DNA of 51,650 nt from the NCBI GenBank assembly GCA_019844455.1, contig GCA_019844455.1_3938.1; one strand, given 5' to 3'. Positions within the stretch are counted from its first letter, which is position 1; each line of letters opens with the position of its first letter. The DNA comes from a phage. Below the pieces are notes generated by a model. The model did not search any database and was not told the DNA's origin. It was given only the letters and a program-made list of their open reading frames with translations. The position numbers and the translations under genes were made by a program. This document shows positions 16,701 to 25,189 of the stretch, in pieces.

Positions 16701-17002
16701 TGGCAGTTCTAAATTGGTCTACAAACGAAGTAGATACTGATGGTAATCAGTTAAAAGTTTTACCACCACCGGAAGTTCAAGAGACAGGTCTTTTAAAGGG
16801 TGAGCCTATGGGTAGACAGTGGTTCAACTATATTATCAACTACCTGCTGAATAAAGTAAATGGCACTGTTGGTGAAGTTCGTTCATATGCAACTGAGCAA
16901 CCAGATTTAGTGGCTAATGGATGGAACCTCATTAAGTCTGAGACAGGGACTGCATCAACAAGTACAAGAAACCTTTACACATATGAATATGTAGGAGCTT
17001 AA
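16700..17002 (+). CDS. hypothetical protein
   Basis: 100-aa ORF, ATGG overlap with upstream stop. Confidence 0.4.
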   Translation: MAVLNWSTNEVDTDGNQLKVLPPPEVQETGLLKGEPMGRQWFNYIINYLLNKVNGTVGEVRSYATEQPDLVANGWNLIKSETGTASTSTRNLYTYEYVGA

Positions 17003-17004
17003 TA

Positions 17005-18180
17005 ATGGCAGTAGGTGAAATTCAAATTAGTGCCTTGCCACAAGCGGCCTTACCAATTGATTTGAGTGATATCTTCCACCTTAAGCAAGGTGTTGAGGAT
17101 AAAAGATGTACGCTTGAGCAGTTGTTAGCACCTCACGCATCTCTGAGGAATAATCCTCATGGTGTAACTAAATCACAAGTGGGTCTTGATAATGTTATTA
17201 ACTCTCTTCAATTAGTTGCAGCGAATAACTTGTCAGACATTGTGAATGTTGCTGAGGCAAGAGCAAATCTACAAATTATGTCGTCAGAGGAAGTGAATAA
17301 TTTAATTAAGAAACATATTGACGACAAAAGTAACCCACATAACACAACGAAAGCACAGGTCGGTTTAAGTAATGTTCAGAACTGGACAACATCCAATCTG
17401 TACAATGAAGATGCTGATAAGTATGCTACCGCGAAAGCAGTTAATAATTTATACAAAGCTATCCAAGCGTCATATCCAGTAGGGACTATTCACCTATCTG
17501 TTAACTCTGCTAACCCATCCACTTACTTGCTTTGTGGAGGTACTTGGGAGTTAGTTTCTAAAGGTAGAGCACTAGTTGGTTATGATACAGATTCTAGACC
17601 TGTTGGTTCAACGTTTGGTTCTCAGACTGTAGCATTAACAAATAATAATTTACCAGCACATACTCACTCTATCTATCTAACAGGTGGTGGTCATACACAC
17701 TCTGCAAGTGTATCTATCTCTAGTTTTGATTATGGTTCAAAAAGTACATCAACTTTTGATTACGGTACAAAAACGACTAATAGTGCTGGTGCTCACACTC
17801 ACACGTTTAGTGGCACAACAAGTAATGCTGGTAACCACAACCATAGAGTCCCTATGAGGGGTAATGATAGGAGTGGCACAAACGCTATTACTGCATCTGC
17901 TGATGCTGGTGTTGGTAATGCTATGTATACTGATTTAGCTGGTGCTCACACTCATAGCTTCTCAGGTACAACTGCATCATCTGGTGCTCATAGCCATACT
18001 GTCGCAATTGGTGCTCACAGCCACACCGTTAATATCGGTTCGCACAGTCATACAGGCACTGTTACTGTTTCTAGCTCTGAGCATACACACTCAGGGACAT
18101 CTGGTTCTGTTGGTGGTGGTCAAGCTTTCAGTGTTGAGCAGCCATCTTTTGTAGTATATGTGTGGCAGAGAACAGCTTAA
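17005..18180 (+). CDS. tail fibre protein with His-rich HxH repeat tip
   Basis: C-terminal half carries repeated GAHTHxFSGTT / GAHSHTV motifs and ends AFSVEQPSFVVYVWQRTA, paralogous to C-terminus of next gene. Confidence 0.7.
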   Translation: MAVGEIQISALPQAALPIDLSDIFHLKQGVEDKRCTLEQLLAPHASLRNNPHGVTKSQVGLDNVINSLQLVAANNLSDIVNVAEARANLQIMSSEEVNNLIKKHIDDKSNPHNTTKAQVGLSNVQNWTTSNLYNEDADKYATAKAVNNLYKAIQASYPVGTIHLSVNSANPSTYLLCGGTWELVSKGRALVGYDTDSRPVGSTFGSQTVALTNNNLPAHTHSIYLTGGGHTHSASVSISSFDYGSKSTSTFDYGTKTTNSAGAHTHTFSGTTSNAGNHNHRVPMRGNDRSGTNAITASADAGVGNAMYTDLAGAHTHSFSGTTASSGAHSHTVAIGAHSHTVNIGSHSHTGTVTVSSSEHTHSGTSGSVGGGQAFSVEQPSFVVYVWQRTA

Positions 18181-18190
18181 TTTCTTTACA

Positions 18191-18210
18191 GGGGCTTTAT
18201 AGCCCCTTTT
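18191..18210 (+). terminator. intrinsic terminator between the two tail-fibre genes
   Basis: GGGGCT / AGCCCC stem, TTAT loop, then TTTT. Confidence 0.65.
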
Positions 18211-18226
18211 AAGAGGAAAACTTATA

Positions 18227-20776
18227 ATGGCAGATTACAAATTGAGTCAATTAAACTCAATCGACACAATTCGTTCAGAAGACCTATTGCACATCAGAGT
18301 TAAGAAAAGACCTGAAATGTTGGGTGACGAAGACCGTAGAATGACCTATCAAGACTTCTTAGCTTCCTTCAAACTAGAAAGGTTTGTTCAGATTGCTGGG
18401 AGTAATATGACTGGGGATTTAGGTATTGTCAAGTTACTTTACGGTGGTAAGGCAGTGTTTGACCCAACAGGTTCTTCTGAGATTACTATTGGGGATATTT
18501 TAAAGACTTTTAAAATTAACTCAAATGGTCTTAAACTCACTATTGCAGATGCTTCAAGGTCAGCAACTGTTTATCATACTTTGAATAAACCAAGCCCTAA
18601 TGAGCTTGGCATGAGAACTAATGAAGAGAATGATGCAAGATATGCAAGGCTCGCTGTTACAAATACATTCTCTGGAACTCAGAACATTCAAGGTGATGCT
18701 AACTTACTTCGCCTTAGAAACCAAAATGCAAATAATGCACAATATATTGAAGGTGTAAACCTAGATGGTTCGGCTAGATGGTGGGTTGGTATTGGTAGTA
18801 ATGGTTCTGATGAAGTGAAGCTGTATAATAACAAATATAATTCAGCCTTGACTATTGCAAGCAACATCTCTGTGAATAAGTCTTTAGCAATCACTGGTCA
18901 AGTTCAACCTTCAGATTTCTCTAACTTAGATGCCAGATACTTCACTCAGACAGTTGCTAATCAGAGATTTGCACAGTTAGCTGGTAATAACACCTTTACA
19001 GGTGCTAACACATTTAGGACTATGAGTGTTATCTCAAATGCTGCTGCTATCACACTGCAATGTGCATCAGCAAACGAATCCCTGTATCTACTTGCAAAAG
19101 ATTATGAAGGTGGAAACTTATGGTATCTTGGTAAAGGTAGTTCAGGTGCTGGTGTAACTATCTACAACTATACCACTAACACCTCTTTAGTCTTAGATGC
19201 TGCTGGAGTATCAGCAAATAAAAATGTCAGAATCACTGGTCAAGTTCAACCTTCAGATTGGGCTAACATTGACTCTAGATATATTCCGGCAGCAACATTA
19301 AGTACGATTGCAAGAACTAATGCAAGGAATACTTTTAATGGTGTACAGACAGTTGTTACGGATAATGAAGGTCTGATTGTTAAAAACTCTACTCAGAATA
19401 GACCATTATATATTCGTGGTGTGGACACTACTAATGTATCAAGATGGTGGATTGGTGTTGGTGGTGCTGATACGAATGATGTTACCCTAAATAACAGTTA
19501 TTCTGGAACCCAATTGGTTCTCGGGAATACAACATCATACATTAACAAAACATTGACTATTGCTGGACAAGTTCAACCTTCAGATTTCTCTAACTTAGAT
19601 GCTAGATACTTTACGCAAAGTGCTAGTGATAGTAGATACCTAAGAATCAGAAGCACTAGCTTCAATGTGGGAAACACTGATAAGTGGGCTAAAATTGCCA
19701 CTGTTGTGATGCCACAATCAGCATCCACTGCTGTTATTGAGGTATTTGGTGGGTCAGGTTTTAATATTAATACACCAAACCAAGCAGGTAAATGTGAAAT
19801 TGTTCTGCGAACTTCAAATAACAATCCAAAGGGCTTAAATGTTGTTGCTTGGAGAACATCAGAGAACACCATTGTCAGGGATATTGGTTATGTGAATACT
19901 TCTGGAGACACCTATGATATTTACTATCTTGCTGGTACGTATCAAAACAGCACAACGACAAGGGTTCAGTCTTCTAGTAATGCAAGTGTACAGTTGTTTG
20001 AAGTCCCACAGACATTTGATGATGCTCCACAAGGTATTGTGAAGGGTACAATTGCAAAATACTACACAAGTTTGCAAAAACCAACCCCTTCAGATATTGG
20101 TGCATACACTAAAGCAGAAACTGACCAGAAGATTGCAGAAGCAATTAGTGACTCTACAGACCTGAATAAAATCTATCCAGTAGGCATTGTGACGTGGTTT
20201 AACAGTAATGTCAACCCTAACACAGCACTTCCTGGGTTAACTTGGACGTACCTGAACAATGGTGTTGGTAGAACTATTAGAATTGCAGCAGCAAACGGTT
20301 CAGATGTTGCTACAACTGGTGGTTCAGACTCTGTAACGTTGTCTGTTGGTAACTTACCTTCACACACACATAGCTTCTCTGCTACCACTTCATCATTTGA
20401 TTATGGTACTAAGACTTCTAGCACAACTGGTAACCATAACCACAACAGGGGTACTATGGAGATTACTGGTACAGTAGGTTACTTTAGAAGTGACTCTAGC
20501 AGCTTCTACACAGCAAGTGGTGCATTCACACTTGGTAGCTCAACTGCTTCTAAAGGCTTCACTGGTTCTAACTTTACTTATGGTATCCCTGCCAACTTTA
20601 ATGCGTCAAGAACTTGGTCTGGTGTTACTAATACAACTGGTAACCATAACCATACTGTAGGTATTGGTGCTCACAACCACACAGTTAGCGGTAACACAGG
20701 TGGTACTGGTTCTGGTTCAGCATTTAGTGTTACTAACCAGTTCTATAAGTTAATGGCTTGGGTAAGAACTGCTTAA
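18227..20776 (+). CDS. long tail fibre protein with internal repeats and His-rich HxH tip
   Basis: 849 aa; three copies of ITGQVQPSDFSNLDARYFTQ; C-terminus with GNHNHTVGIGAHNHTV motifs ending AFSVTNQFYKLMAWVRTA; RBS AAGAGGAAAA. Confidence 0.75.
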   Translation: MADYKLSQLNSIDTIRSEDLLHIRVKKRPEMLGDEDRRMTYQDFLASFKLERFVQIAGSNMTGDLGIVKLLYGGKAVFDPTGSSEITIGDILKTFKINSNGLKLTIADASRSATVYHTLNKPSPNELGMRTNEENDARYARLAVTNTFSGTQNIQGDANLLRLRNQNANNAQYIEGVNLDGSARWWVGIGSNGSDEVKLYNNKYNSALTIASNISVNKSLAITGQVQPSDFSNLDARYFTQTVANQRFAQLAGNNTFTGANTFRTMSVISNAAAITLQCASANESLYLLAKDYEGGNLWYLGKGSSGAGVTIYNYTTNTSLVLDAAGVSANKNVRITGQVQPSDWANIDSRYIPAATLSTIARTNARNTFNGVQTVVTDNEGLIVKNSTQNRPLYIRGVDTTNVSRWWIGVGGADTNDVTLNNSYSGTQLVLGNTTSYINKTLTIAGQVQPSDFSNLDARYFTQSASDSRYLRIRSTSFNVGNTDKWAKIATVVMPQSASTAVIEVFGGSGFNINTPNQAGKCEIVLRTSNNNPKGLNVVAWRTSENTIVRDIGYVNTSGDTYDIYYLAGTYQNSTTTRVQSSSNASVQLFEVPQTFDDAPQGIVKGTIAKYYTSLQKPTPSDIGAYTKAETDQKIAEAISDSTDLNKIYPVGIVTWFNSNVNPNTALPGLTWTYLNNGVGRTIRIAAANGSDVATTGGSDSVTLSVGNLPSHTHSFSATTSSFDYGTKTSSTTGNHNHNRGTMEITGTVGYFRSDSSSFYTASGAFTLGSSTASKGFTGSNFTYGIPANFNASRTWSGVTNTTGNHNHTVGIGAHNHTVSGNTGGTGSGSAFSVTNQFYKLMAWVRTA
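18889..19619 (+). repeat. three intragenic direct repeats (~55-60 nt) inside long tail-fibre gene
   Basis: Near-identical copies of GGTCAAGTTCAACCTTCAGATTTCTCTAACTTAGATGC at about 18889, 19233 and 19560. Confidence 0.8.
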
Positions 20777-20783
20777 TCCCTTG

Positions 20784-20812
20784 TTGACTGATTGTTAAGA
20801 TGGTGTTAATAT
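20784..20812 (+). promoter_or_regulatory. candidate sigma70-like promoter
   Basis: TTGACT-N17-TAATAT upstream of 20856 ORF; overlaps a 9-bp inverted repeat (20797-20805 / 20829-20837). Confidence 0.35.
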
Positions 20813-20855
20813 TCTTTATGGGTATTCTCACCATCTTGGCTGATGAGGTGATTAA

Positions 20856-21053
20856 ATGCCTACAATCCTAGCAATTCTTCTAAAAAATCTAGGTAGCTTC
20901 TTCTGGAAACTCATTTTATCCCTTCTAAGTGAATACATGATTGAGAAAGTGTTCTTTAAGCTTGCAAGATATCTTGCGAGTAAGACAGACACACCTATTG
21001 ATGATGAGTTCGTAGATAACTTAGAAAAAGCTTTTAAGGGGGAGAATAAATGA
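20856..21053 (+). CDS. small membrane protein
   Basis: 65-aa ORF with hydrophobic N-terminal segment, RBS GAGGTG. Confidence 0.4.
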   Translation: MPTILAILLKNLGSFFWKLILSLLSEYMIEKVFFKLARYLASKTDTPIDDEFVDNLEKAFKGENK

Positions 21054-21421
21054 AGTGGCTAGAGGATGCTTTTAAAAATAATATTGGTGCAATTGTAGTT
21101 GGTATTTTTAGTGTTATTGGGATGTATACCACGATGCAAGTTTCAAGTGGTAAGCAAGAAGTGTCTGTCACAACGAAGTTACAGCAGCTAGATAATTATT
21201 CCAAAAGTAACTATTCAGCTATTCGTGATTTACAGTCTGACATGAGACTTATTCAGTTAGGGATGGAGAATCAGAAAGTTCAGTTAGAGAATGTTAAGGG
21301 TGAGAATGCAAAACTTACCAAAACTCTTGATAAGTTCTCTGACAGTGTAAATAATCTGGCTCAATCAGTATCAGCCCTCCAAGCTATTACTGAGAAGAAC
21401 ACAAAAAGTACTGAAAAATAA
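21050..21421 (+). CDS. membrane-anchored coiled-coil protein (i-spanin-like topology)
   Basis: N-terminal TM segment (IGAIVVGIFSVIGMY) followed by heptad-rich helical domain; ATGA overlap with upstream ORF. Confidence 0.4.
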   Translation: MKWLEDAFKNNIGAIVVGIFSVIGMYTTMQVSSGKQEVSVTTKLQQLDNYSKSNYSAIRDLQSDMRLIQLGMENQKVQLENVKGENAKLTKTLDKFSDSVNNLAQSVSALQAITEKNTKSTEK

Positions 21422-21428
21422 AGTTTAA

Positions 21429-21453
21429 GGCTCCCGTAAAAAGGAGCCTTTTT
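21429..21453. terminator. bidirectional intrinsic terminator between convergent operons
   Basis: GGCTCC / GGAGCC stem with 8-nt loop, T-run on plus strand and A-run (T-run on minus) flanking. Confidence 0.7.
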
Positions 21454-21457
21454 GTTT

Positions 21458-22357
21458 CTACTTACCTACTGACAGAGGTGCTTCAATCTTTCCTGCATGT
21501 TGGTAGTTGTAAATGCCACCAATAAAATCACTTGCAGTAAGGTGTTTTAGGTCACTTAGTGTGTTAAGTGGTACACCAATCTCAAAAGTAGGTGCATGGA
21601 ACTCTTCATTGTTCATCAGTTCATAAACCTGCTTCATATGGTTCTGATAAATCTGGGTATCCCCAAAGACACCTATCAAGTACCGTGGAGTGTATCCAGT
21701 CATCTTACAAAGAACTTCTAAGATGAAACCATAAGACGCAATATTAAACGGAAGTCCTAAAAAGGTGTCTACTGAACGTTGATACCACTGTAAGTCAACT
21801 TCACCCTCATTAGTGATATAAATCTGAAACAGAACATGACAAGGTGCTAAAGCCATTGAGTTTGCTGCAATATCTGCTGCATTCCAAGCATTAACAAGCA
21901 TGTAACGGTCTGTGATATCACCCTTCATCTTCGTTACTAAGGTCTCTAGCTGGTCTACAACACAACCATTATGACCTTCAAAGTCTCTCCACTGAACCCC
22001 ATAGATTCTCCCACCTGCATCTTCTAACCAATCTTGTTCAGAAGAATAATTAGAACTTAACCAGCGTTTAAAATCATCTGACCAGATAGTCCAGCGTTCC
22101 CCATCATTTTCACCCCAAGTGCGATAACGGAGTTCACCAAGCTTATTCTCGCCGTTCAGGAACCATAAAGCTTCCCCAATAACTTGCCGTGTAAACACCT
22201 GTTTAGATGTTAAGAGCGGGAAACCAGTCCTCATATCAAAACGAAACTGAGGTGGAGCAAAAGCAGAGATAACATCTCCAGTTCGTGTAGTACGCAGTTC
22301 ACCAACGGATAAAACATGGTTCAGGATATTTTTGTAACTTGTATCTGCTTGTGACAT
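21458..22357 (-). CDS. thyA: thymidylate synthase family protein (ThyA-like)
   Basis: Catalytic PCH motif (LAPCHVLFQIY) and DTFLGLPFNIASY with the dUMP-specifying Asn retained. Confidence 0.85.
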   Translation of the reverse strand: MSQADTSYKNILNHVLSVGELRTTRTGDVISAFAPPQFRFDMRTGFPLLTSKQVFTRQVIGEALWFLNGENKLGELRYRTWGENDGERWTIWSDDFKRWLSSNYSSEQDWLEDAGGRIYGVQWRDFEGHNGCVVDQLETLVTKMKGDITDRYMLVNAWNAADIAANSMALAPCHVLFQIYITNEGEVDLQWYQRSVDTFLGLPFNIASYGFILEVLCKMTGYTPRYLIGVFGDTQIYQNHMKQVYELMNNEEFHAPTFEIGVPLNTLSDLKHLTASDFIGGIYNYQHAGKIEAPLSVGK

Positions 22358-22358
22358 A

Positions 22359-22904
22359 TCAAAAGTGTCCTTTTACTTGTGGAACATAAATTTCAAAAGT
22401 TGCTTTACCATCCTCTGATGGTTTTGACTGTACCTTTGTAAACACACGGTTATCATACAGCTTCTCAAAGAAGTTTTCAAAAGGTAAATGCACAGTGGCC
22501 TCTTCAGTAACTTTATGGAAAACAGTATGGAACACCACACTAGCATACGGTAAAGCATTGACAAGGATACCTGCACCACCAATTACAAAGACATCTTCAT
22601 CAATAGAGCTATCAAGATACTTCAAAAATGCTCCAAATGACTCTTTACTGGCTTTAGCATACATTACATCATCTTTGCCAAAGTCTATACCTAAGTATGG
22701 TACAGAATTTGTTAAGATGAGGTTTGCACGTTCTGGTAAAGGTTTACTACCCAGAGTCTTAAAAGTCTCATTACCCATGACTACTAAGTTATTTTTAGTG
22801 AGTCTCTTAAACTCTTGCATATCCTGTTTATGTCGAGGCCACGGCATACCAGTTGGAGTACCAAACTCACCATTTTCACCACTTGCAAAGATTAATTTAA
22901 TCAT
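22359..22904 (-). CDS. folA: dihydrofolate reductase
   Basis: MIKLIFA...GMPW...LVVMG...VFVIGGAGI pattern typical of DHFR; adjacent to thyA as in T4 frd-td. Confidence 0.85.
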   Translation of the reverse strand: MIKLIFASGENGEFGTPTGMPWPRHKQDMQEFKRLTKNNLVVMGNETFKTLGSKPLPERANLILTNSVPYLGIDFGKDDVMYAKASKESFGAFLKYLDSSIDEDVFVIGGAGILVNALPYASVVFHTVFHKVTEEATVHLPFENFFEKLYDNRVFTKVQSKPSEDGKATFEIYVPQVKGHF

Positions 22905-23161
22905 TTTGTAAACCCTTTCTTAATGAACCAGTTAATAACATTCTTCACAGCTTTATTGCTGTGATAGATTAAGTGTGGTGTAGGTTGGTATGAACCATAG
23001 GCCCAGAATGATAGATGCTCACCACAACCAACACATGTCGTACTCTCTTCAGCTATATGACCATTAACAATCACATGAACTTCACCTTGTAAGTCTGTAC
23101 ACCCACAATGTGGACATCGGATAGGTGTTCCATCAGACTCATAGCAGTGTTCAATTTTCAT
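22901..23161 (-). CDS. small zinc-ribbon protein
   Basis: 86 aa with CPHCGC ... CVGCGEH cysteine pairs; ATGA overlap with folA start; RBS GAGGT. Confidence 0.5.
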   Translation of the reverse strand: MKIEHCYESDGTPIRCPHCGCTDLQGEVHVIVNGHIAEESTTCVGCGEHLSFWAYGSYQPTPHLIYHSNKAVKNVINWFIKKGFTK

Positions 23162-23677
23162 CTATTTAACCTCAAAAACTGGTTCAAGAACCAATATAAA
23201 GTCTACACAGTCATCTTCTTCATCCAGAATACCATCAAAGTTCTTAGGAACGAAGTCGAAGAGGTTCATCACAAAACAGTCAGAAGTAACCTTTATAGTT
23301 CCTCCCATGTTCTCTACAGTTAACACTGTACGACTTTCTTTTACCTCCCTCAGAAGATTACCCACAAAGTCATCTAAGAAGTACTTCATCAATGACTTAA
23401 AACCTTTAGGATAATCTGTACCAGAGTATGTTTCAATCTGAGGTACAAGCTTAACATCTATACTAGTCTTTGTTAAGAATGTGTTAGAGAACATACTATC
23501 AGGTAGCTTACAAACAGTCTTTCCAGTACCTTCATGTTCAATCTCAACAAAACCAGCTTCGTCGCCACATGTAACTATTTTAAAAGATGCTTCATTCTCA
23601 TACTGTGAAGCCATAAACTTTTTAAGCATTTCTTTAAGGAAATCTGCATGAGCATCTTGTAAGTAGATATCAATCAT
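23162..23677 (-). CDS. hypothetical protein
   Basis: ORF with AGGTGA RBS 6 nt before ATG at 23677 (track start at 23683 is TTG); acidic C-terminus. Confidence 0.5.
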   Translation of the reverse strand: MIDIYLQDAHADFLKEMLKKFMASQYENEASFKIVTCGDEAGFVEIEHEGTGKTVCKLPDSMFSNTFLTKTSIDVKLVPQIETYSGTDYPKGFKSLMKYFLDDFVGNLLREVKESRTVLTVENMGGTIKVTSDCFVMNLFDFVPKNFDGILDEEDDCVDFILVLEPVFEVK

Positions 23678-23690
23678 AATCAATCACCTA

Positions 23691-24050
23691 TTATGGGAAC
23701 AAGCACTTAATGTCATCGTTTTTAAAAACGAAACTTGTGTAGTTGTGACCTTCAACATCCAGCCAAACAGCCTGAACATCTACACCATCAAGGTTGTGGT
23801 AAAGTTCTTTGATGAAGTGGTCTTTCACAATCTGGCTGCTAGTTGTTTCCAGCTTAATGTTCGAGATTGCTGAACCTACAGCCATATAGCCCATGACACG
23901 TTTCTTCTCAGTATGCTTAATCTTACCATCTTTGTAAGCCATAATGAGATTGGAGAGAATCTTCACACCATAATACTTTTCAAGGTGAGTGGGTACGCCA
24001 TAAAAACCTAATGCGAAGTTTTCAGAGTGGATAATGTTTTCACGTTTCAT
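23691..24050 (-). CDS. hypothetical protein
   Basis: 119-aa ORF, RBS AAGG. Confidence 0.5.
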   Translation of the reverse strand: MKRENIIHSENFALGFYGVPTHLEKYYGVKILSNLIMAYKDGKIKHTEKKRVMGYMAVGSAISNIKLETTSSQIVKDHFIKELYHNLDGVDVQAVWLDVEGHNYTSFVFKNDDIKCLFP

Positions 24051-24051
24051 A

Positions 24052-24351
24052 TTAATCTGCCAACCTTAAATTAAAATTAACACCAAATTTTTCACAAACT
24101 TCCAACATATACTCAAGGGAGACGTTACCAGTGAGATGGATTATGTTGGATACACGAGCCTGAGAGATACCACAAATTTTAGCGACTTGCTCTTGAGAAA
24201 GACCTCTGGATTTAATCTCTCTCTTAAAACGATGTGCAACGAAATCTCTCATTTCGTCTACATCCATTGGACAAATATAACTCTCCATTTCAGCCTCTCT
24301 ATCAGCCTCCCAATCATCTTGTGGGGCATAAGGGTCAAAAACCTCATTCAT
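24052..24351 (-). CDS. XRE-family helix-turn-helix DNA-binding protein
   Basis: C-terminal LSQEQVAKICGISQARVSNI HTH; likely ATG start at 24351 (MNEVFDP) overlapping the upstream gene's stop (ATGAATGA). Confidence 0.65.
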   Translation of the reverse strand: MNEVFDPYAPQDDWEADREAEMESYICPMDVDEMRDFVAHRFKREIKSRGLSQEQVAKICGISQARVSNIIHLTGNVSLEYMLEVCEKFGVNFNLRLAD

Positions 24352-24556
24352 CTTTCTTCTTCCGTTTGCGTGAAGTGTCAATCAATGAATCTATGTTTGT
24401 AGCCCTAACCTTTTCACGTTCATCATTAAGATAATCATCAAGAGCCTTTTCAATCTGTGAATCATCTTGACAGATAACTGTAAAGACTGTAAAGCCGTCT
24501 GTATCGTCAATTACCTTACCATAACCGCTTCTGGGATGTAACTTTTTAAGAGCCAT
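24344..24556 (-). CDS. small protein translationally coupled to HTH gene (weak HicB-like resemblance)
   Basis: 70 aa; segment YGKVIDDTDGFTVFTV...IEKALDDYL loosely resembles HicB-type antitoxin N-domain; basic tail RKRKKKDE. Confidence 0.4.
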   Translation of the reverse strand: MALKKLHPRSGYGKVIDDTDGFTVFTVICQDDSQIEKALDDYLNDEREKVRATNIDSLIDTSRKRKKKDE

Positions 24557-24557
24557 A

Positions 24558-24941
24558 TCAAATACCTGTGCAGCTTCTGTTTTCTAAGAAATACTCAACA
24601 CCATACATAGCTTTTTGCATCAAATCTTCTTTAAACTGAATACGATGATTGAGCATAGCCTGTACATCAATATCATCAGGGTGCTTCTCTTTAATGTTTG
24701 CAGATTGCAGGAAATACTCTGCAAGAACACGATACTGATAGTCAGTTACCTTATCAGTCATCTCTGTTAAAGACTCTTCAGAGATTGGTTTAAGTAGTTC
24801 ACCTTTAGATAGGGCAACACCTTTAACAATCTGGCAAGTGTCTTCTGGAACACCTGATAAGTCCACATTTGGAAGTTCTGTTGCACTAACTGGTAAACTC
24901 ATTGCCATAACCGTTGCAGCAGCTAATAAAATCTTTTTCAT
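24558..24941 (-). CDS. secreted/periplasmic protein with signal peptide
   Basis: MKKILLAAATVMAMSLPVSA signal peptide; two Cys in mature part; RBS GAGGT. Confidence 0.55.
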   Translation of the reverse strand: MKKILLAAATVMAMSLPVSATELPNVDLSGVPEDTCQIVKGVALSKGELLKPISEESLTEMTDKVTDYQYRVLAEYFLQSANIKEKHPDDIDVQAMLNHRIQFKEDLMQKAMYGVEYFLENRSCTGI

Positions 24942-24986
24942 AATGACCTCAAAGTTATATTAAATTTTGTATTACATTGAGTATAA

Positions 24987-25033
24987 AAATAAGCTATAAC
25001 ACCTGACTTGTCAACAGACTTTATAGCTTATTT
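24987..25033. repeat. 13-bp perfect inverted repeat flanking a TTGACA-containing 21-nt spacer
   Basis: AAATAAGCTATAA (24987-24999) and TTATAGCTTATTT (25021-25033); on minus strand followed by T-rich tract. Confidence 0.7.
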
Positions 25034-25189
25034 GGCAGATTTTTTATAAGGCTACTGCCATCCTTCCATACCAGACCACACTATGCAAAACCAGACTTCA
25101 CATCACATTACCGTGCAATACATGACTTAAAAACCCTCTTAGAAGACTCTTAAGTGATGCTGGTGAGTACCCGTTGGTTTATGCTGCGC

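Noticed and set aside
17942-18154. 70-aa plus-strand ORF inside the His-rich tail-fibre tip
   Set aside because: Alternative-frame reading of the repetitive CAC/CAT-rich sequence; low-complexity Leu-rich product; overlaps a strongly supported gene
24052-24351. XRE-family HTH protein as evidence of a lysogeny repressor / temperate lifestyle
   Set aside because: No integrase, excisionase, or cI/Cro-type divergent switch in the window; gene content is that of a virulent phage, so the HTH protein is more likely a local regulator or antitoxin-like component
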